This document shows, piece by piece, positions 39,435-47,738 of a DNA stretch of 64,000 nt. The stretch lies in IMG/VR virus record IMGVR_UViG_3300033148_006102, positions 96,001 to 160,000 of that record. One strand, written 5' to 3'. The position numbers and the translations under genes are program-made. The DNA is from a virus. The notes beneath the pieces are model-generated. The model saw only the letters and a list, made by a program, of their open reading frames with translations, was not told the origin of the DNA and ran no database searches. How positions within the stretch are numbered: the first letter of the stretch is position 1; each line of letters opens with the position of its first letter.

Positions 39435-39851
39435 ATGATGGATATTGCTGCGCTAGCGGAATTAGTCCAAAAGAAGCTTGCCAAAGGACAAGCTGGTGAA
39501 GATGTCGTTTATGAAAACGACACTTCAGTGGACGCTCAGGGAGTAGAGCACGAAGGTACGGTCTACGAAGTCAAGACCGCCCAAGAAAAGGTTCAGTCCA
39601 CGCCGCTGAATACGGAACTCATTCAAGAGACCGTGAAGCAGGCTGCCCTGATTGGCGACAATTATATGGGCGAGGACAAGGATCTTTTCAAGGCTGCGGT
39701 TGACAGCATTCTGATGATGAAATCCGCGGATGTTTCGATCTGTGAAGACAGTGATCTGGATACCGCGGAAGACATTATGAAGGCTGCTGGCTTGCTCGTT
39801 GATCGCATCAACGCGCGCCGTCCGGTCGCGGAAGCTACTTCCGAGGAATAA
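39435..39851 (+). CDS. Small acidic head-associated protein
   Basis: Start moved to ATG 39435 (SD AAGG); KTAQ, KQAA, KSAD, KAAG motifs. Confidence 0.6.
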   Translation: MMDIAALAELVQKKLAKGQAGEDVVYENDTSVDAQGVEHEGTVYEVKTAQEKVQSTPLNTELIQETVKQAALIGDNYMGEDKDLFKAAVDSILMMKSADVSICEDSDLDTAEDIMKAAGLLVDRINARRPVAEATSEE

Positions 39852-39904
39852 CGGGTAGGTCAATACCATAGGCCTACCTCACGAGACCCGTGAGGAGAAA
39901 CACT

Positions 39905-40228
39905 GTGGATAAGGTTGCAGAACAGTTGCAAGGCATGCTGACAGAGGGCGAAGCCATCCTCGAAAAGCAGGCGTTTGAGGCGTCTATCACTGCACTTGAG
40001 AATGGCCTTCCGGAAGATCAGCAAGAAAAGCTTGCGGGTATCTTCAATGAGCTGCACAAGATGTTCGGCGAACAATACAGCCCGAATGCGCTGTTGAAAG
40101 TCGCCGAGGATCTGCTGAATGAACAGCAGGCTCAGGAAGAAGACCCCGAGTTCAAGAAGCAGGCTGAACTGAGCTATCAGCTTGGCGAATTGGCTGCTGA
40201 AGCACTCGTAGAGAAGTTGCGGTCATAA
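39905..40228 (+). CDS. Small acidic head-associated protein
   Basis: Start moved to GTG 39905 (SD GAGGAG); KVAE x2, KQAF, KLAG, KQAE. Confidence 0.6.
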   Translation: MDKVAEQLQGMLTEGEAILEKQAFEASITALENGLPEDQQEKLAGIFNELHKMFGEQYSPNALLKVAEDLLNEQQAQEEDPEFKKQAELSYQLGELAAEALVEKLRS

Positions 40229-40229
40229 C

Positions 40230-40430
40230 ATGCCGACGATCAACGACCTGGTGAATGATGTCAAGAAGCATGCGCCGTCCGACAAAAAAGAAAAGTCGGC
40301 CGAAGCGCAAGAGGAAGACTTCGAAGCATTAGATAAACACCAGGGCGAGGTGAAGATCGGTCTTTATCGGGTCTTGAAGCTGGCAGAGAGCTTAACGGCC
40401 GTTACGCCATCGAGCGCCGCCAGCGCATGA
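40230..40430 (+). CDS. Small head-associated protein
   Basis: 66 aa; KHAP, KSAE, KLAE. Confidence 0.55.
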   Translation: MPTINDLVNDVKKHAPSDKKEKSAEAQEEDFEALDKHQGEVKIGLYRVLKLAESLTAVTPSSAASA

Positions 40431-40443
40431 TGAAGGCGGAGTT

Positions 40444-40797
40444 GTGGCTGACCGGGATGAAGTTACGCACCAGCTGAAGATTGCAGCCGAGAGAATCAAA
40501 GGCGACGCATTAACGATTCAGTCGCTGACGCGATTCAAGGAAGCAGCCGAGCTGGTTTTAGGCTTAATCGCGGAAGGACGGCTAGATCCGTCAGACGGGC
40601 GACGAAAAATCGCTACACTGATGGAAGCAGAGGATTTCGAGTTGGAGAAACGAGCAATCGAACTTCTTCAACAAAGTACCCAGTCGGAACCGGTGTTCGG
40701 TCGGCTGGAAGAAGCTTCTGAAAAGGTTGCCGTAGAGGAAGCAACCGCGGAGGATGCCCTCATTCATGAGCTTCGGGATATCAATGGGTACATGTAG
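40444..40797 (+). CDS. Scaffold-like protein
   Basis: 117 aa, helical; KIAA, KEAA, KIAT, KRAI, KVAV; C-terminal helix EDALIHELR. Confidence 0.55.
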   Translation: MADRDEVTHQLKIAAERIKGDALTIQSLTRFKEAAELVLGLIAEGRLDPSDGRRKIATLMEAEDFELEKRAIELLQQSTQSEPVFGRLEEASEKVAVEEATAEDALIHELRDINGYM

Positions 40798-40826
40798 ACC
40801 CTTTTCTAACTTTAAGGGATAATGAT

Positions 40827-41444
40827 ATGGGACAGATCAACGACACCACTGGCATTCCGAAGACGGAATCCATTGTGCGTATCCAGAAGAACGTTGAAGC
40901 TGTAACGTTCGCAACACTGCGACGCGGATCTGATACTATCATCGAAGGCGGCCTGCTCGTTCGCGGTACGGACAACGTAGCGCGTGCACCAGAACCGCTT
41001 GTCGCTGATAATACAACTACTCGCGTAGCAGGCGGTAACATCACCGAGCTGAACGCTTTGATCAGCTGGATCCATCCGGATCACACCAGCAGCGTACGCC
41101 AGCTTACGGTTGGCGCCGTTGGCGGCTACGACCCGATCGTAGAGCTCAACGATGCGTTGATGGCGGCTATCGAGGGTGATGGTCTGATCGTCGGCTTGCC
41201 GCTGACGGCACGCTTCTTTAACAATGGCGACCTTGCAACACTGCGTACTGCAGATCCTTGCAACTTGGTCCTCAAGGGCCAGAGCGCAGGTGCTCCAGAA
41301 CGCGTGGGTGAAACCGTTATCGGTTTGTCGTCAGCAGGTGCAGGTGGTATTGCGACGGATGAGCGCAAGATCGGCACCAAAGCGTATGTCGACGGCGATG
41401 TAATGTACTTCCGGTTCAACTCGACGCTCGTTATCGGCGCATAG
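40827..41444 (+). CDS. Putative capsid decoration/cement protein
   Basis: Beta/Gly-rich 205 aa protein immediately upstream of the MCP; assigned by position. Confidence 0.5.
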   Translation: MGQINDTTGIPKTESIVRIQKNVEAVTFATLRRGSDTIIEGGLLVRGTDNVARAPEPLVADNTTTRVAGGNITELNALISWIHPDHTSSVRQLTVGAVGGYDPIVELNDALMAAIEGDGLIVGLPLTARFFNNGDLATLRTADPCNLVLKGQSAGAPERVGETVIGLSSAGAGGIATDERKIGTKAYVDGDVMYFRFNSTLVIGA

Positions 41445-41517
41445 AGTTGGCTTGAAGCGGTTGTGTTGCTTTTTTTGAATTAGTGCCTGCCAGGCACATA
41501 AGACAAGGAAGAAGACC

Positions 41518-42648
41518 ATGGCACTTGATGCTGCTGAATTCAATGGCCTCTTCTTTGGCGCCATGAAGCAAGGTGACGCGGGGATCGAAAAGCTTTCGGC
41601 TTCGCTTGGAACATACATCCAGGAGAAGATTCGTGAGTCTGGTTTTGCCCGCCGCATCCTTGACACTCAGACTGTGACGCCACAAGAGTGCCAGATTAGC
41701 CCGGAACACAACGGGCTAGAGTTCCTCGTACCGCTCGAGCCACAGACCGTGGCCCAGCGGGTGACTTTCCGTGGTGAACCGGATCACACTTGGATCGAGA
41801 AGAAAATCTTCCCGATTCGGTTTGAGACGATCATGACGGACGAGTTCAACAAGACCGAGGAAGAATTGATGGCTCACCGTGAGCCTGTGCTCAAGATCAT
41901 TGAGCAAAACTCGGTTAAGGACATCCAGGAGCAGGAGGACGTGTCCTTCCTGACCCAGGTGAAGGCTGCTGCTTTCGCGTCCACCTATCGCCTCAACCGC
42001 GTCGCGGTTGGTGCCGGCGGTGTTGTCGGTTTCACGACCGGCGCACAGGTCGATGCGTTCTTCAAGTCTGGCGCGACGCCAGCCAATCCGGAGAACTCCA
42101 ATATCGTCCTCTCCGCCAACACTTACTTCCGTCGTGATGTACTGACGGAACTTTCTCAGATTCTGACCATGCGTCAGCTCGAGCTCAAGGTGTTCTTGCT
42201 CCACAAGTACAACTTTGATGAGACGCTGCGCTGGTTCGCAGATGAAATCGGCCACCAGGTTGCCAACTCCATCACCATTGATGGGTACAAGGAATCAACC
42301 GTCGGTGGTTTCACGTTCATCACCACGATCAAGACGAACCGCGAGCTCGTCCGTGCCGGCCATATCTACGGATTCGCCGACAAGGCCGCTCTCGGCAAGT
42401 TCCTGATCCTGACCGGAACCAAGTTCTGGATCAACAAGCGCCGTAACGTTATCACGATGGCCGGATGGGAAACCATCGGTGCCGGTATTGGTAACATCAA
42501 CGGCTGCGCGATCCTGCTGCTTGCCGGTTCCGTTCCGCTGGACGTGAACGTGCCTTCTGATGTGAATGCTGCTGTCGGTGCGCCGACCACCATCCGGATT
42601 TATCCGATCGGGGTGGCAAGAGCCGGAGGTGCTTTACCGCATCAGTAA
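41518..42648 (+). CDS. Major capsid protein (HK97-fold, inferred)
   Basis: 376 aa after the protease/scaffold genes; QEKIRESGFARRIL, EQNSVKDIQEQEDVSFL (spine-helix-like); strongly biased (C-ending) codons consistent with high expression. Confidence 0.8.
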   Translation: MALDAAEFNGLFFGAMKQGDAGIEKLSASLGTYIQEKIRESGFARRILDTQTVTPQECQISPEHNGLEFLVPLEPQTVAQRVTFRGEPDHTWIEKKIFPIRFETIMTDEFNKTEEELMAHREPVLKIIEQNSVKDIQEQEDVSFLTQVKAAAFASTYRLNRVAVGAGGVVGFTTGAQVDAFFKSGATPANPENSNIVLSANTYFRRDVLTELSQILTMRQLELKVFLLHKYNFDETLRWFADEIGHQVANSITIDGYKESTVGGFTFITTIKTNRELVRAGHIYGFADKAALGKFLILTGTKFWINKRRNVITMAGWETIGAGIGNINGCAILLLAGSVPLDVNVPSDVNAAVGAPTTIRIYPIGVARAGGALPHQ

Positions 42649-42675
42649 CAGATGATAAAGGGCCTATCCATTAGG

Positions 42676-42744
42676 ATAGACCTCCATAAAAAATGACAGT
42701 GATCGGCATAACGCTGATCACTGTCATTTTTTATGGAGGTCTAT
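42676..42744 (+). promoter_or_regulatory. Perfect 29-bp inverted repeat sequestering the SD of the HNH gene
   Basis: ATAGACCTCCATAAAAAATGACAGTGATC / 11-nt loop / GATCACTGTCATTTTTTATGGAGGTCTAT; GGAGG lies in the right arm; ATG is 2 nt past the stem. Confidence 0.85.
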
Positions 42745-42745
42745 T

Positions 42746-43471
42746 ATGTGTGAAGAGCTTTGGAAAGTTGTAGCTGGGTTTGAGGGTATGTATGAAGTGT
42801 CATCTCATGGCCGAATTCGAAGTTTGCAGCAAAAGGATCAAAAAGGAAATCCTATCTTTCGGATAATGAAGTGGCGTTTTAGTCGTGGATACCCACGCGT
42901 ACATTTCACGAAGAAGGGTAAGAGCACGCAACATTGTATACATGTGTTGGTTTTGGAAGCGTTTGTAGGTCCGCGACCAGAAGGCATGCTAGGTTGCCAC
43001 AATGATGGTGATAGGGCATATAACCATCCTCATAATCTTCGTTGGGATACTCATGAAGCAAATATGAAAGATTTGCAGAAGCATGGGTCGCTGGCAGGTG
43101 ATCGTAATCCATATTCAAAATTAACGGAAGACAATGTGCATGCGATCAGAAAGATGATTGCGGAAGGCATGGTTTACGGCCAAATAGCTGAAAAGTTTGA
43201 TGTGTGTCGTGGAACAATTAAAGATATTGCTCGTAAACGATCTTGGTCACATTTGCCCGATGATAATGACTACGTTGATCGTGTTGAGAATGAACGCAAG
43301 AAACGACGTGGTGCAAATGTGGCGCGGGCCATTCTTACCGAAGAGGATATTCCTGTGATTCGGCAATTGATTGCTGATGGTATGTTGCAAAAGGACGTGG
43401 CCAAAAAATATGGTGTGTCGCCGATTACAATCTCAGCCATCAACACAGGTCGCTTGTGGTCGCATGTCTAG
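42746..43471 (+). CDS. Free-standing HNH homing endonuclease (NUMOD4-HNH-2xHTH)
   Basis: WKVVAGFEGMYEVSSHGRIRS (NUMOD4-like), HVLVLEAFVG...CHNDGDRAYNHPHNLRWDT (HNH), two C-terminal repeats (KLTEDNVHAIR...WSHL; ILTEEDIPVIR...WSHV); AT-richer than its flanks. Confidence 0.9.
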   Translation: MCEELWKVVAGFEGMYEVSSHGRIRSLQQKDQKGNPIFRIMKWRFSRGYPRVHFTKKGKSTQHCIHVLVLEAFVGPRPEGMLGCHNDGDRAYNHPHNLRWDTHEANMKDLQKHGSLAGDRNPYSKLTEDNVHAIRKMIAEGMVYGQIAEKFDVCRGTIKDIARKRSWSHLPDDNDYVDRVENERKKRRGANVARAILTEEDIPVIRQLIADGMLQKDVAKKYGVSPITISAINTGRLWSHV

Positions 43472-43540
43472 TTGCGCAAAGCACTTAATGGAGATATAGT
43501 CTCTGTCGTCCATTCTTTGTTTCTATAGTGAGAGGAAATC

Positions 43541-44314
43541 ATGCCAGACTTTGCTGATCGTTCACAACTACTTATCAAGAATGTGAGTGATATCAACGGC
43601 CACCCACGCCCCATTCGATTGCATTTACCAGCGTGTCCAGAATTGCGGCCTGGCGAGCAGGTTATCGCCTTTCGCTATGAGTTGAACATGCATGACATTG
43701 AACGCTATATCATGCGCGGAGACGTGCAGGTGGCGCCCACAACAGCGAAGGTTGGACATATTCAGCGCCGTGCCGGCCAATTGACTCCGAATGCACAACA
43801 AAGTCCTGTATTACTTCCGTCGCCGTTCCCATCCTTGGGTGATTACGACGTTAATAAGCCGCGGCCGCATGATGTGGATCCTGCTGATTTGGCGCGTGCT
43901 GATATGATCACGGAAGAGGATCTGACAGCTGGTGTCGAAGCTTTGGAAGACGAAGCGACGGGTTATGAAACTATCCGCGAAGAATTCGTTAAAAAGTTAG
44001 AAGAGGAACCGACACCACAAGGTTCATCGTTGGCGGGTGGACTGGACGGCGATATTGTGGTTGATAGCGATGATGACGAGCCAAAAGAGCCTGCGGATGA
44101 TCTGACAGAAGACGAGGCAGCTGAAATAACAGATTCACCACCATCAGAGGCTGAGGAAGATCAGGAACTGGAGGAACAGGAACAGGAGCCGGAACCGGAA
44201 CCGGAGCCGGAACCGGAGGAAACAAAACCAGAACCGGAGCCCAAGCCTAAGCCAAAACGCGCTACTTCGAAGAAAAAGACTTATTCGAAGCGTCGTATTA
44301 AAAGAAAGAAATAG
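43541..44314 (+). CDS. Hypothetical protein with acidic/EP-repeat and basic C-terminal tail
   Basis: 257 aa; EPEPEP repeats followed by KPKPKRATSKKKTYSKRRIKRKK. Confidence 0.6.
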   Translation: MPDFADRSQLLIKNVSDINGHPRPIRLHLPACPELRPGEQVIAFRYELNMHDIERYIMRGDVQVAPTTAKVGHIQRRAGQLTPNAQQSPVLLPSPFPSLGDYDVNKPRPHDVDPADLARADMITEEDLTAGVEALEDEATGYETIREEFVKKLEEEPTPQGSSLAGGLDGDIVVDSDDDEPKEPADDLTEDEAAEITDSPPSEAEEDQELEEQEQEPEPEPEPEPEETKPEPEPKPKPKRATSKKKTYSKRRIKRKK

Positions 44315-44317
44315 CCC

Positions 44318-44863
44318 ATGGCCGACGACAGAGCATCACCAAATGTCCCGCACAAAAACGAGGACATTGAAGGTACCCGTGACGGTCGGGGCAGTTTCTG
44401 GCCAACGCCACCGCATGAGTGGATAGAGGCGTTACGTGACTACTTACGCGATTACGCTGAGGACAATGACCTGTTGGACTTTACGCAGGAACACTCCGAT
44501 GCACAGCTACGCAAGGCGTGGGGTAAAGCGCTGGTTGACTGGAATTCGTCCCCGCCGCTCATCCCAGCAGTAAACTTTACAGCGCATCCGGCTCGTTTCT
44601 TATTGCTGCTCAAAGCGTGTGTTGAGGTCTTGCGATCCGTGTCGTTTAAGTTGATGCGGAATGAAGTCAGCTTTAACGCAGGTTCTGTAAGTTACGATAT
44701 TCGTGTTCAATGGCAGCGCTATGAACGAGCAATCGGTGCGTTAACCGACGAGTACGAACAGAAGAAAGCCGCTGTGAAGGTAGCGATCAATATGGGTCGC
44801 GCATTCGGCGACAGCTTCTCTGAATTCCATCGAATCGGGATTGGCATAGATCAGGCAACATAA
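44318..44863 (+). CDS. Head-tail connector/adaptor protein
   Basis: Helical 181 aa protein downstream of the MCP; VSFNAGSVSYD segment is typical of adaptor beta-hairpins. Confidence 0.6.
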   Translation: MADDRASPNVPHKNEDIEGTRDGRGSFWPTPPHEWIEALRDYLRDYAEDNDLLDFTQEHSDAQLRKAWGKALVDWNSSPPLIPAVNFTAHPARFLLLLKACVEVLRSVSFKLMRNEVSFNAGSVSYDIRVQWQRYERAIGALTDEYEQKKAAVKVAINMGRAFGDSFSEFHRIGIGIDQAT

Positions 44864-45726
44864 TGCATGACCCACTGCAAGTAGCCCGCAACGATACTGC
44901 GAGCATTCCGCAGACAGTAGAAGTGACGCCCGAAGGCACCTTCTTTGAGCCTATCGAAGTCACGGCCGTGAACGCTCGGAATATATTGATTCAATGGTTC
45001 TTGCTACCCACCAATGAAAACACGGCTACGCTCACGTACGAGATCTACCGAGCCTTTTCACGAGTTGGGCCATACACCCAGATCGGGACTGCACCTGGCA
45101 CGCAATTTTACTTCTTAGATAATGACGTGCCAGCGGTCAGTAAATGGGATGAAGTTTGGTATCTGGTTGCTGCGATTCTGCCGGATTCAACTTTGCAGTA
45201 TAGCGACCCGAATCATATGCGAGGGATCCCACCAGGCCGTATTCTGGCGATCAATGATCAAGCACGTATCGTTTACTGCACGCATAATGGTGTCGGGGTC
45301 CTGGTATATAAACGACGACGAGAGGGTAATAAATGCGGTCTGTGTTGGGATGCTATTCAAGGCATTTCAACAGATGATGCATGTCCCATATGTTTTGGTA
45401 CCGGATTGGTGCAGGGCTACTATCCGCCGGTTCGTACGCGCTGTTTAATCACGCCGACGATGCAAAAGATCGACTACCATTCGCACCAGCATGCGTCGGC
45501 GATTGCCCAAGCTAATATGCTGCGATATCCTCGAGTACAACCAAACGACGTCTTGTATGAAGAAAATAGCTCACGTTGGTGGTATGTGGGGACTGTCGCA
45601 CCAAACGAAGATAATCGCATTTTGGTGACGCAAGACGTGACATTAAAGCAGGCCGATCCTCATGACAAGATTGTAGATTTGCTTGCCGCAGATGTTGCCG
45701 GAAACCTACTTTTACCTGTTGTCTGA
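44863..45726 (+). CDS. Neck/head-closure protein with FN3-like N-terminus and Zn ribbon
   Basis: TYEIYRAFSRVGPYTQIG...FLD (FN3-like), CGLCWD...CPICFGTG, then YPRVQPNDVLYEE...WYV beta-barrel-like C-terminus. Confidence 0.6.
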   Translation: MHDPLQVARNDTASIPQTVEVTPEGTFFEPIEVTAVNARNILIQWFLLPTNENTATLTYEIYRAFSRVGPYTQIGTAPGTQFYFLDNDVPAVSKWDEVWYLVAAILPDSTLQYSDPNHMRGIPPGRILAINDQARIVYCTHNGVGVLVYKRRREGNKCGLCWDAIQGISTDDACPICFGTGLVQGYYPPVRTRCLITPTMQKIDYHSHQHASAIAQANMLRYPRVQPNDVLYEENSSRWWYVGTVAPNEDNRILVTQDVTLKQADPHDKIVDLLAADVAGNLLLPVV

Positions 45727-45779
45727 CTACACTGATGGTGTACGTGTTTGCGTCAATTGTTTTGTTTCGGAGATAACAC

Positions 45780-46313
45780 ATGAGCGACCATGATCCTGCC
45801 ACTGAGGCACTGTTAGCTGATTTGCAGCACATCAACGAAACGCCTGCAATCAAGCTGGCTGAAGAAGTTGGTGCGCCTACAATCGGTATGGAGGCAGCCG
45901 ATTATTTGGCCAACTCCATTGATGAGGATGCGAACCAAGTCAAGCAGGCAAATGATCTGCGTGAGGGCATCATTGACGACGAAACCCTGAAGCTCGCTGC
46001 GGAAAAAGCAGCTGAGGATAAAGGGGAAGACGATGATGAAGGGGAAGAGAAGGGCAAGAAAGCTCCTCCTTTCGGCAAGCAGCACGGAAAAGGCAAAGGC
46101 AAAGGTGACTGCAAGATGGCGGAAGAAGAGGATCTTCCGTGGGGCAAAGAAGCGGCCGATTTGCCGCCGGCTCTCGATCTGGAATTCTGGACGCAGACTG
46201 GTCCAGAAGAGGTCACAACCAAGTTTGCCGAGGGCTTCATGGAAGAGCTGCAGTCCCACGGCGATGAGTTCGGCAAGGCCTATGACGATATCCTAGCCGT
46301 AGCAGTTCGGTAA
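45780..46313 (+). CDS. Acidic K-x-A-rich protein (predicted internal head protein)
   Basis: Seven K-x-A motifs in 177 aa; SD GGAG. Confidence 0.6.
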   Translation: MSDHDPATEALLADLQHINETPAIKLAEEVGAPTIGMEAADYLANSIDEDANQVKQANDLREGIIDDETLKLAAEKAAEDKGEDDDEGEEKGKKAPPFGKQHGKGKGKGDCKMAEEEDLPWGKEAADLPPALDLEFWTQTGPEEVTTKFAEGFMEELQSHGDEFGKAYDDILAVAVR

Positions 46314-46326
46314 ATATCGTCAATCT

Positions 46327-46345
46327 GGTGTTATGCCATAATCCC
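46327..46345. promoter_or_regulatory. Palindromic element copy 4 (GGTGTTAT-GCC-ATAATCCC)
   Basis: Right half is an exact match and the left half has 2 mismatches; contains TGCCATAAT (extended -10-like); 10 nt before the ATG at 46356. Confidence 0.55.
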
Positions 46346-46355
46346 AGGTAAGCTC

Positions 46356-47018
46356 ATGGCTATTCGAGTTTGGAGATATCACGTTGACATCGAGCGCAGG
46401 CGTCCTCTTACACAAGGGGCGCCTGGCTCTGCCAGCGATATGCCTGGCGATCAGGAATTGGAGCTCAAGCTTCAGCAACTCGGGTCGCGGGCAACCGGTT
46501 TACTCAATTACACAGCTGCGCCTCTCACCACAGAAACTTTCACCATTAATGACGGTGATACTGTTCCGGGCGGTTATACGTTTGAGTACGATACGTCACG
46601 TCGTGCCGAAAATGGTGCATTGCTTTCTAGCGGCAATACTGCCATTGACATCTCTGCAGATCCGACGAATCTTCATTACGCGATGGAGCAAACGGTCAAG
46701 GCTATCAATGTCTGCCCCGTTAAAGTTTCTGCGAAGATATACACGGAGCAGGACACTTCTGGTGCTGGTGGTGCGCCAAACGGCATTATTCAATTGATCC
46801 ATCATAAACCTGGTGTAATTGGTAATAAGGCGCTTGCCGAGGCCAGTACAGTAATGACAGTTACTGGTATGTCTGATGGCGGTAATGCGCCGACAGCTGT
46901 AAACACGCTTTCTGCACAGTTCCTTGGTACAGAAGGTACCACTTTTGTAATCGTCTGGGATGACGCCGCTGTTGCTAAGCGCGCGCCCGGAGATGAAGCG
47001 ACGACCTTCCCACCATAG
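46356..47018 (+). CDS. Tail-associated protein carrying the same beta-domain as the sheath insertions
   Basis: RATGLLNY...FTINDG...FEYD...AIDIS...KAIN...GNKA...MSDGG aligns by eye with the inserted sheath domains. Confidence 0.55.
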   Translation: MAIRVWRYHVDIERRRPLTQGAPGSASDMPGDQELELKLQQLGSRATGLLNYTAAPLTTETFTINDGDTVPGGYTFEYDTSRRAENGALLSSGNTAIDISADPTNLHYAMEQTVKAINVCPVKVSAKIYTEQDTSGAGGAPNGIIQLIHHKPGVIGNKALAEASTVMTVTGMSDGGNAPTAVNTLSAQFLGTEGTTFVIVWDDAAVAKRAPGDEATTFPP

Positions 47019-47030
47019 TAGAGATGTCCG

Positions 47031-47729
47031 ATGGCCAATGACCCAGTTGCGTACCAAGAGCAGCTCATTGGGCAGGTTGGACTTGATGAGGATCTGCTCA
47101 ACAATGAGATGTTGAGGCCGCTGGCTTTTGCCCGCCGCTTAATTGTCGACGGGATTAAGGGTATGTTTTCCCAAGAATGGTGGGGACCAAATAATACTTG
47201 CCGTAATCCCTTTATCTTCAAATCCAAGGACGGCGATAATGCACCAGATAGCCTGCTACATATTCACGTGGAGCAGGCTGAAGAACAGACGCTCGAAGAT
47301 GGCCGGTATTACATTATCGTGGCAAGCGGACCGACGGCGTTTGAACGTACAGCTATCGGTAATTTCGCTGGTAATATGATCGCAACACCAAGTGATCGTG
47401 GCGACTACACCGCTATGGTCAGTTCGTCGGTGAACATCACGTGTAAGGCAAAGAAGTGGCCGAAGGCAGAATTGCTTGCGCAGTACGTGGCGCTATTTCT
47501 ATTGTTCTTCCAACCAATTCTTCGTCACCGGAGTGCCGCCTTCTCTGTTGGGAATCCGACGGTTTCTGCTAAACAGATAAGTGACGATACCGGGTCACAG
47601 TCACAGCGAAATGACTATGTTGTTAGCATGCCAGTGTCAATGTCTTTGACGTGGACCCTAGCAGACGAAAACATGGACTTGTTGAGGAAAATCGCTACTC
47701 AAGAGGGCTTTCCTCCAAATTGCGTATAA
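47031..47729 (+). CDS. Tail terminator/completion protein
   Basis: Immediately upstream of the sheath; alpha/beta pattern (VNITCKAKKWPKAELLAQYV); assigned by position. Confidence 0.55.
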   Translation: MANDPVAYQEQLIGQVGLDEDLLNNEMLRPLAFARRLIVDGIKGMFSQEWWGPNNTCRNPFIFKSKDGDNAPDSLLHIHVEQAEEQTLEDGRYYIIVASGPTAFERTAIGNFAGNMIATPSDRGDYTAMVSSSVNITCKAKKWPKAELLAQYVALFLLFFQPILRHRSAAFSVGNPTVSAKQISDDTGSQSQRNDYVVSMPVSMSLTWTLADENMDLLRKIATQEGFPPNCV

Positions 47730-47738
47730 GGTGAGAAC

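Noticed and set aside
41445-41480. Intrinsic terminator before the MCP (T7 run at ~41470-41476)
   Set aside because: Only a 3-bp stem precedes the T run; too weak to call.
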